From NCBI RefSeq assembly GCF_018398935.1, contig NZ_CP074694.1:5520001-5552000 (forward strand): 32,000 nucleotides of DNA, written 5' to 3'. This document shows positions 26,801 to 32,000 of the stretch, piece after piece; position 1 is the stretch's first letter; the number at the start of each line of letters is the position of its first letter. Below the pieces are notes generated by a model. The model worked only from the letters and a program-made list of their open reading frames with translations, had not been told where the DNA came from and ran no database searches. This DNA comes from Telmatocola sphagniphila (GTDB taxonomy: Bacteria > Planctomycetota > Planctomycetia > Gemmatales > Gemmataceae). The translations under genes were made by a program, and so were the position numbers.

Positions 26801-27282
26801 ACCGGTATGGGCTCGTCATCTTTGGGAGGCAAAAGAATGTTGGACCAGTTGAGCGTGCCGTCGACATTCCGCTGCAGTCGAATGGTCGGAGAATCCATAT
26901 CGATTTTGCGGATGACCAGCTGCCCCTGCGAGAGCCGTTCCTTGTCCTGCTGCAGCACGGCGTACGGAATGTACAGAATCGGCTTGTGATCGGGATCGTC
27001 CTTGCGGGTCATTTTCAGATCGGAGATCGAAATGCCCCCGAAGAATCGCAGCGAGGCCGAGCCGACTTCGATGTCGACATTCTGGAATTTCTCGAGCAGC
27101 TGTGCGATGCATTGTTCGCGGATGTAGGCGGGTTTCAACCAGGAGGAGACGTACAGCCCCATGCCGACCAGTAGGCCGATGAAAATAGGGATCAGACTGC
27201 GGATGAGCCACTTCCGTGTGGACATACCGATACCGCTGAAGTAACCGTACGCCCGCCTCTCCGAGGCAGGTCGGGAAAACAA
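23827..27282 (-). CDS. AsmA/TamB-like large envelope protein (N-terminal anchor)
   Basis: The track ORF starts at TTG 27282, and ATG at 27225 (MSTRKWLIRSLIPIFIGLLVGMGLYV) is an equally plausible start. The N-terminal anchor is followed by ...VIRKIDMDSPTIRLQRNVDGTLNWSNIL, as in the AsmA N-domain. The body is long and beta-rich, and the C-terminal DGSNVKLEFY...LKIAVQGDFNGKLDYKSQP is AsmA_2-like. Confidence 0.6.
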   Translation of the reverse strand: MFSRPASERRAYGYFSGIGMSTRKWLIRSLIPIFIGLLVGMGLYVSSWLKPAYIREQCIAQLLEKFQNVDIEVGSASLRFFGGISISDLKMTRKDDPDHKPILYIPYAVLQQDKERLSQGQLVIRKIDMDSPTIRLQRNVDGTLNWSNILLPPKDDEPIPVFVLKNAKVEIDDYSPASPRTLNLDIPKVVMVNDPKSIYRIEGFGSCELFGNFSFAGTYDEQQNGFHLKSSLKKLPIEPAQLNWLSAYVPEIQEYAEKLHGVGHIDLELAGATRPALTFHPTVHFELTQGSFQHPNLPAPLTNLSVLGTLKEETLFIEKARANSGESVLGMDGEINLKPSSRSVPLVMVAKSGSPPEKNVADVFRRLNLSVEHVVLNDAFFAKLPVKLQILNRMFKPEGPTDLEVHLNRLKDIAETHVVVLPRGIRGSYEGFPYPLTDAKGHIELIMIPGKEDELDIDLTASAKGRTAKILGTIRGDYPENDVKLTISGEGLQVDADLIKALPEPYPQLVRRLRPSAKGNFVATIRHNAQTRRDHGPTVFDNTFDIQLYETSINYTDFPYPLHKVNGNLYIRTVPERPTRLPTPAGIPIPQVSSNDDDTGSIEFRNFHAEHAGGKLFINGLRVPSTGGNLLSFEIKAEDLPFDLELREALSRLKIDSVWQTFDMQGKMNSTILVNVFERAKTEKATESVFNPAKDLALGISFDGASIRPTFFPYLLQDVKGQLTFFDGLIKIQNFEGRHGSTVIALPKATVTIPPEGGYYADLNDLKATNILFEPEFLKALPLDLRKAIEDLELKGPVLLNANRIVVTEKAATQPAYLPTVKKNLHRDLYQAAYNNFLPEPEQEQTPHRSLVNQRLNYPTIYWDGRLTLTNGSFVTGIPWRNAYGQFVSTGVYEGDHPGKISSKLVLERATILKQPVENIIISLFMTPDQPKLLLIDSIQAKVYGGELTGEARVLLDDQPYFNLKLTAARMRLSEFARSQNLEAKTRLEGLAYGRLKLTNCDHKEKGQPVLEGIGGIDIPNGSKILNVPELLNLLKAMKLHVPDDTFFDEAHASFRIKNNQLYFGQIDLLGDAVNLGGEGGMHLDGSNVKLEFYTISRFHDMLNSPLSKLTAGISRSLLKIAVQGDFNGKLDYKSQPVPIVTDPLKRLMDR

Positions 27283-27360
27283 TCTCGAAGAATAGACGGG
27301 AATCGGGGAATCATCAAGCCGAAGTTAGCAACCCTATCAGGCCCGCGCAGATTGCCGATT

Positions 27361-27606
27361 TTAGCGAGTCGATCCAGCTTGCGAGGAGTTGGGAGGAATG
27401 GCCTGGTCCGGCGAAGGATTTGGACTCACAGAAGAGTAAGGGCAATTTCGGCAGCCGCTGCCGCAGCAGTAACCGCGTTTGCGCAGGTAAGTGGCTGTGA
27501 AAACCCAGCGCCCACTTTCGACGGTGTAGTCGATCCCCTCGGTTAATACCAAACGGGGGGTTTCTTTTTGATCCGAGTTTCCCATCATTGTTATTGCCAT
27601 AAGCAT
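27361..27606 (-). CDS. DUF5522-like small protein (CCxxGCxxCPY motif)
   Basis: ...GRWVFTATYLRKRGYCCGSGCRNCPY matches the DUF5522 signature as I recall it. The exact start among several Met codons is uncertain. Confidence 0.6.
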   Translation of the reverse strand: MLMAITMMGNSDQKETPRLVLTEGIDYTVESGRWVFTATYLRKRGYCCGSGCRNCPYSSVSPNPSPDQAIPPNSSQAGSTR

Positions 27607-27674
27607 AGTCTGGGTTTCACAATAAGTTTAGTCGGCTCCGTTGAAGAGATCCAAAGTTCCCACAGGTTCCTGGC

Positions 27675-29183
27675 GTGTCTCAGAATAAAATCCCTCGTTC
27701 CTCCGGCATCCTGCTCCATCCCACCTCGCTGCCGGGGCCCTTTGGAATCGGCGATCTGGGGCCCGCGGCCTACATCTGGGTGGAAGCATTAGCGAAGGCC
27801 AATCAGAGATTCTGGCAAATCCTTCCTTTAGGACCCACCGGCTATGGCGATTCGCCGTATCAATGCTTTTCCGCCTTCGCCGGGAATGCCAATCTCATCA
27901 GTCCGGAACTGTTGGAACGCGAAGAGTTGTTGCGGGCTGAGGATATTTCGCCGCCACAGTTCCTCACCGAACGCATCGAATACGGCCGCGTGATTCCCTA
28001 CAAGCAAAAGCTGCTACGGCACGCCTACGAAAACTTCCAGCACTTCTCCACAGGCGGGATCAAATCGGCCTACGAGAGTTTCTGCCACGAAAAGCGGGTC
28101 TGGCTGGACGATTACGCTCTCTTCATGGCCTTGAAGGATGCCCGAAAAGGCGAGAGCTGGACGACCTGGCCGCGCGAATTTTTGCTGCGCGACGGCAATC
28201 GGCAGGTACTCGAGTTCACCCGTAAAGAACTCGAACTGGAAATCGGCTTTTATAAGTTCACGCAGTTTTTGTTCTTCCGTCAGTGGCAGAGCCTCCGCGA
28301 GCATGCCCGGCGGAATGGCATCTCCATTGTGGGCGACATCCCGATTTTCGTGGCACCTGACTCGGCGGACGTCTGGGCGAACAGTCGGCTGTTTCTGCTC
28401 GATGGACAGTTGAAGCCGCGAGTGGTGGCCGGGGTGCCGCCCGATTATTTCAGTCCGACCGGACAGCTTTGGGGGAACCCGGTTTATGACTGGGACGCCA
28501 TGGCGGAGAATGGCTACCAGTGGTGGATCGATCGGCTGCGGGCCACCTTCGAGATGGTCGATTATGTCCGGCTCGATCATTTTCGAGGCTTCTGTGCCGC
28601 CTGGCACGTTCCCGTCGATCATTTGACTGCGGAGAAAGGGAAATGGGTTCCGGGGCCGGGCGAAAAGCTCTTCCATATCTTCCGCGATACCTTCCAGGAT
28701 CTGCCGATTATCGCTGAAGACCTCGGGGAGATCACTCCCGATGTTTATCAGTTGCGAGATAACTTCCAACTGCCCGGTATGAAGGTACTGCAGTTCGCTT
28801 TCGATGAGCCGAAGAATGCCTTTTTGCCCTGCAACTACACTTCTCCCAACTGCGTGGTCTACACCGGCACGCACGACAACGACACGAATCTGGGCTGGTA
28901 TAAAACGCTGCCGGAGTCCGGGCGAAAATTCCTGCGGACTTATCTGGGACACGATTCGCAGGATGTCTCCTGGGATCTCATCCGGATGGCCTGGTCGAGC
29001 GTGGCCGATCTGGCCATAGTCCCTTTCCAGGATGTTTTGAATTTGGGGCACGAAGCGCGAATGAACACTCCCGGTAAGCCCGACGACAACTGGCAGTGGC
29101 GCTTCCATGGAATGCATCTGCACAGCCCGGCCTTCGAACGCCTTTCCGAACTGACGGCGTTATATAATCGGGTCCCCAAATGA
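27675..29183 (+). CDS. malQ: 4-alpha-glucanotransferase (amylomaltase, GH77)
   Basis: RSSGILLHPTSLPGPFGIGDLGPAAY..., YGDSPYQCFSAFAGN, RLDHFRGF, IIAEDLG and YTGTHDNDT are the canonical MalQ/GH77 blocks. GTG start. Confidence 0.9.
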   Translation: MSQNKIPRSSGILLHPTSLPGPFGIGDLGPAAYIWVEALAKANQRFWQILPLGPTGYGDSPYQCFSAFAGNANLISPELLEREELLRAEDISPPQFLTERIEYGRVIPYKQKLLRHAYENFQHFSTGGIKSAYESFCHEKRVWLDDYALFMALKDARKGESWTTWPREFLLRDGNRQVLEFTRKELELEIGFYKFTQFLFFRQWQSLREHARRNGISIVGDIPIFVAPDSADVWANSRLFLLDGQLKPRVVAGVPPDYFSPTGQLWGNPVYDWDAMAENGYQWWIDRLRATFEMVDYVRLDHFRGFCAAWHVPVDHLTAEKGKWVPGPGEKLFHIFRDTFQDLPIIAEDLGEITPDVYQLRDNFQLPGMKVLQFAFDEPKNAFLPCNYTSPNCVVYTGTHDNDTNLGWYKTLPESGRKFLRTYLGHDSQDVSWDLIRMAWSSVADLAIVPFQDVLNLGHEARMNTPGKPDDNWQWRFHGMHLHSPAFERLSELTALYNRVPK

Positions 29184-30185
29184 AATTAAAGGGCGGCTCA
29201 GCCGGCGCAGGATTTCTTCGATCTTCGAATGGACCTGCTCCGAGTGGCCCGAAGAGGGATTATCCAGAAGCAACCTCCTCATCCAGTACAGTCCGGCACA
29301 TACCGTCCCGCTGAAGTCGAGCTTTCGGACCCACTCGGGATCGACGAGAGGTGCCCCGGGACCATTCTGGTAGTACGAGAAAAACTCGGACCATTTCGCC
29401 GGGTGATCGGGGAACAGGCTACCCAGTATCCGGGCCAGATCCACACTCGGGTGATCCAGTTTCATCGCATCCAGATCGATGAGGCCAGTCAGTTGGGTAT
29501 CTTCGAAGAGGAAATTCCGATACCAGCAGTCACATAAGCAAGGTTGAATGGGAACCGTGAGGCGTTGCAAGCTTTCCAGTTGACGTACCGCGACCGGAAC
29601 CAGGCTTGGCAGAAAAAGATAGAGTCGAATCAGCCAGGATCGCACGTCCTCGGATACGCTCCGAGTGGAATGAGGTATCATCTGCCCAAACGTACTGAAT
29701 ATTTCCTCCGCAGTACTCAAGATTTTCATCCGGCGTCTGACGCCGGGGAAAGGTCCGCAAGTTTCAAAGCGACTTTTCCAAATGGCGTGCAAGCGGGCGA
29801 GCTGTTCGGCAATTTGTTGGACGCCGGTAGCCATGGTGGCTTTCGAAAGATCGGGTTCACCCGGCATTTCGCTCATCAAAAACCAGACGCGATTCTGGTA
29901 TTCGTATCCTGCCTGAAAATTGGATGTGGGAATCAGTTGTGGCAAAAGGTGGAAGCCCTGAGCCTGAGTGAAATCGACCCAGGTTCGAATGTCGTTCAGT
30001 TGCCCCAATGTTAGTGAAGTGGCCAGACTGGCTTTCAAAACCAATTTGGCGGAAGGGTTTTTCCAAAGACAGGCGTCACTATAGCCACTGGGCAGTGGCA
30101 CCCAATGCTCTGCCCAGCCCAGGGGAAACTGGCGAAGAACTTCCTGGGGTGGTAGATCGTGCTTCCCCATATCTCTTACCGCCAA
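29160..30185 (-). CDS. phosphotransferase-family (APH/choline-kinase-like) protein
   Basis: ...CDCWYRNFLFED..LTGLIDLDAMKLDHPSVDLARIL corresponds to the catalytic-loop D....N and the IDxD...D.A motifs of the APH fold. The 3' end overlaps the malQ 3' end by 24 nt (convergent). Confidence 0.55.
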   Translation of the reverse strand: MAVRDMGKHDLPPQEVLRQFPLGWAEHWVPLPSGYSDACLWKNPSAKLVLKASLATSLTLGQLNDIRTWVDFTQAQGFHLLPQLIPTSNFQAGYEYQNRVWFLMSEMPGEPDLSKATMATGVQQIAEQLARLHAIWKSRFETCGPFPGVRRRMKILSTAEEIFSTFGQMIPHSTRSVSEDVRSWLIRLYLFLPSLVPVAVRQLESLQRLTVPIQPCLCDCWYRNFLFEDTQLTGLIDLDAMKLDHPSVDLARILGSLFPDHPAKWSEFFSYYQNGPGAPLVDPEWVRKLDFSGTVCAGLYWMRRLLLDNPSSGHSEQVHSKIEEILRRLSRPLISFGDPII

Positions 30186-30189
30186 CCCG

Positions 30190-30855
30190 TTAGGCTTTTT
30201 CCAGCAGTCGTATTAAACGCTCCGGCAATTCGACTCGCGTTACCTTGCTGTAAGTCCCTTCGCCATTTCCCAGGTATGCCCACTGGTTTCGGGTCTCAAA
30301 CAGGTTGGCCACCATCCAGTCGGCCTGCGATTGTTGGCGGGAGGCCTCCGCCACCTGAAGCAACTCTTCCTCGAGTAAACCAGTCTCCAACTTGAATTTC
30401 ACCAGATGGCCCGAATATTTCCATTCCGCTCGAAAGCGATCGATCAGTTTAGGAGTGGGCGTCAGTTTCAACCACAACTCAGTGTGATGGCTCTTGATCT
30501 TACTGGCTCGCGCATCCCGATTGTCGGCCGTGAAAATCCCATCCACTTTGTAATCGCTCACGGCCGCGCAGTGTACTATGGCGTCGAATTTTCCGGAGGG
30601 AACGTGCATTTTCAACAACTGATCGAGATCCTCGAAGGTCCGGTAAGTCTGCACGTGCCAGCGGGTATGCTCCATAATCATCGGATAGATTTCCCGAACC
30701 ACTTCGGGATGGGAGGTCAAGAGCGTGACCTGATGGCCCCGTTCGTAGGCTTTCAGAGCAATTCGGGTGCCGGTTCTGCCGGTAAAAATATTTGTTATGC
30801 AGCGCACATCGTCGATAGGCGTTTGGGTATTGCCGGCGGTCACCAGAATATGCAT
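30190..30855 (-). CDS. CoaB-like (DFP / phosphopantothenate-cysteine ligase family) protein
   Basis: MHILVTAGNTQTPIDDVRCITNIFTGRTG...AIVHCAAVSDYKV...KIK mirrors the CoaB pattern (VTAG.T.E.ID.VR.I.N.SSG..G...AAV.D....KIKK). Confidence 0.65.
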   Translation of the reverse strand: MHILVTAGNTQTPIDDVRCITNIFTGRTGTRIALKAYERGHQVTLLTSHPEVVREIYPMIMEHTRWHVQTYRTFEDLDQLLKMHVPSGKFDAIVHCAAVSDYKVDGIFTADNRDARASKIKSHHTELWLKLTPTPKLIDRFRAEWKYSGHLVKFKLETGLLEEELLQVAEASRQQSQADWMVANLFETRNQWAYLGNGEGTYSKVTRVELPERLIRLLEKA

Positions 30856-30922
30856 TAACTCGAACTCCGTGGAAACGAACTAGAATGACATCCTATAGAT
30901 GCATTAAGTTTTTCGAGGGTTT

Positions 30923-31681
30923 ATGACTCCTGGCGTAGCAATAGTTACCGGTAGTGGCAAAAAACGAGTGGGCTGGTATGTGGCCGATGCCCTGGCTCGC
31001 AAAGGCTATTCCGTGGCCGTGCACTACCGCAGTTCGGAACGCGAAGCACGCGAAACAGTGGCCCATCTGCAATCTCTAAATGTCGCCGCCGAAGCTTTTC
31101 GGGCCGATCTGGCGAAGGATCAGGAGGTTTCTTCGCTCGTAGAAAGAGTCTTCCAATCCTTCGGTCGAGTTGACGTTCTGGTTAACTGTGCGGCCATCTG
31201 GGAACGCAAAAAATTGGAAGCAGTCACGGCCGAGGATGTCCGAAGACATTTCGAAATCAATACTCTCGGGACATTCCTCTGCTGTCAGCAGGTGGGACTG
31301 CGAATGGTCGCTCAACCCAGTGGTGGCTGCATCATCAACCTCGGCGACTGGGCCGAGATTCGCCCCTATCCGGATTACTCGGCCTATTTCCCTTCCAAGG
31401 GAGGCATCTCGGTACTCACACGGAACTTCGCCGTCGAACTAGGCCTCCGAAATCCTAATATTCGAGTCAATGCCATACTCCCGGGGCCAGTCCTGCTGCC
31501 CGAGGATCTTCCTCAGGCGGAACGAAACGAAGTCATCGCGTCCACTTTAGTGAAACGGGAAGGCCGGCCGGAAAATGTCGCCCAGGCCGTGCTGGCCCTT
31601 ATCGAAAATGACTTCATCACCGGAGTTTGTCTGCCAGTCGATGGCGGCCGGAGCGTCTATGCCCCGAATCCCCAGGACTAA
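30923..31681 (+). CDS. short-chain dehydrogenase/reductase (SDR) family oxidoreductase
   Basis: Cofactor motif VTGSGKKRVG, NCAA, catalytic YFPSK (YxxxK) and PG near ILPGPV. Confidence 0.8.
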   Translation: MTPGVAIVTGSGKKRVGWYVADALARKGYSVAVHYRSSEREARETVAHLQSLNVAAEAFRADLAKDQEVSSLVERVFQSFGRVDVLVNCAAIWERKKLEAVTAEDVRRHFEINTLGTFLCCQQVGLRMVAQPSGGCIINLGDWAEIRPYPDYSAYFPSKGGISVLTRNFAVELGLRNPNIRVNAILPGPVLLPEDLPQAERNEVIASTLVKREGRPENVAQAVLALIENDFITGVCLPVDGGRSVYAPNPQD

Positions 31682-31866
31682 TCCAGAAGTTAGAAACAAA
31701 GGGACGCCCGTTTCCGCCCCGATCGATAGGCGATGAAAAGAAAATTCTCACAGTATTTGAGAGCATTTTTCGCTCAAATTCGGCCCAGAACAGAATGGCT
31801 GCCGATGCTCGCTTTTGCTTTTGCTTGACCCACCCCCTCGTGCGCCTAAGATGATTGTGACTTGCT

Positions 31867-31894
31867 CTCGACTTTGAAGTCGAGGTTTATTTTT
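31867..31894 (+). terminator. intrinsic-terminator-like hairpin
   Basis: CTCGACT-ttga-AGTCGAG (7-bp stem) is followed by GTTTATTTTT. Confidence 0.5.
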
Positions 31895-31945
31895 GCTGGA
31901 CTTTGTGAAAAAAAGCACAAAGTTGGGCCAGGGAAAGGAATAGCT

Positions 31946-32000
31946 GTGCCTCTTCTCGCGGTAACTGATCTGCCCGTTCAGACTACGGCCGGTTTGGAAC
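31946..32000 (+). CDS. 5' end of an ORF, possibly an ABC-transporter ATP-binding protein (runs off the window)
   Basis: GTG at 31946 follows GGAAAGGAA. The translation VPLLAVTDLPVQTTAGLE resembles the LL.V.DL.V.F N-termini of ABC ATPases. Only 18 codons are visible. Confidence 0.3.
   Translation, partial: MPLLAVTDLPVQTTAGLE

Noticed and set aside
29160-29183. 24-nt convergent overlap of the malQ and phosphotransferase 3' ends
   Set aside because: Small convergent overlaps are common and may reflect nothing more than stop-codon placement. No structure of note was seen.

Overview
The window reads as Planctomycetota-type chromosome (inference from gene families only; Gemmataceae-like). From sampled 60-nt lines the backbone is roughly 55% G+C. 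About 9.6 kb of accessory DNA (approx. 6370-15969) interrupts it.

Backbone, left side:
- A large FtsX-type ABC permease on the minus strand (1-3327). It is absent from the ORF track because it runs off the window edge.
- A secreted hypothetical protein.
- A complex repeat locus (4014-4510).
- A membrane-anchored leucine-rich-repeat protein.

Backbone, right side: hemolysin-III/PAQR protein, Ser/Thr kinase with TPR domain, archaeal-type phosphoglycerate mutase, MBL-fold hydrolase, 2Fe-2S ferredoxin, LptF/G-family permease, an approx. 1150-aa AsmA/TamB-like protein, DUF5522 protein, MalQ, an APH-like phosphotransferase, a CoaB-like protein and an SDR.

Accessory segment:
- Its core (approx. 8.7-14.9 kb) is only about one third G+C.
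- Every plausible ORF is on the + strand.
- It carries remnants of at least three IS types: an rve/DDE element with TGT...ACA ends in three pieces, an IS3-type orfA stub and an ISL3 zinc-finger stub.
- It contains a repeat family I cannot assign to any known class. Two approx. 237-nt imperfect palindromes (S1, S2) fold into a long rod and flank a secreted double-DTG aspartyl-protease/PDZ gene as direct repeats. Two shorter relatives (R1a, R1b) flank a two-gene hypothetical cassette.

I found no rRNA, convincing tRNA, CRISPR array or recognisable defence or toxin system. All family calls rest on motif recognition by eye; no searches were run.
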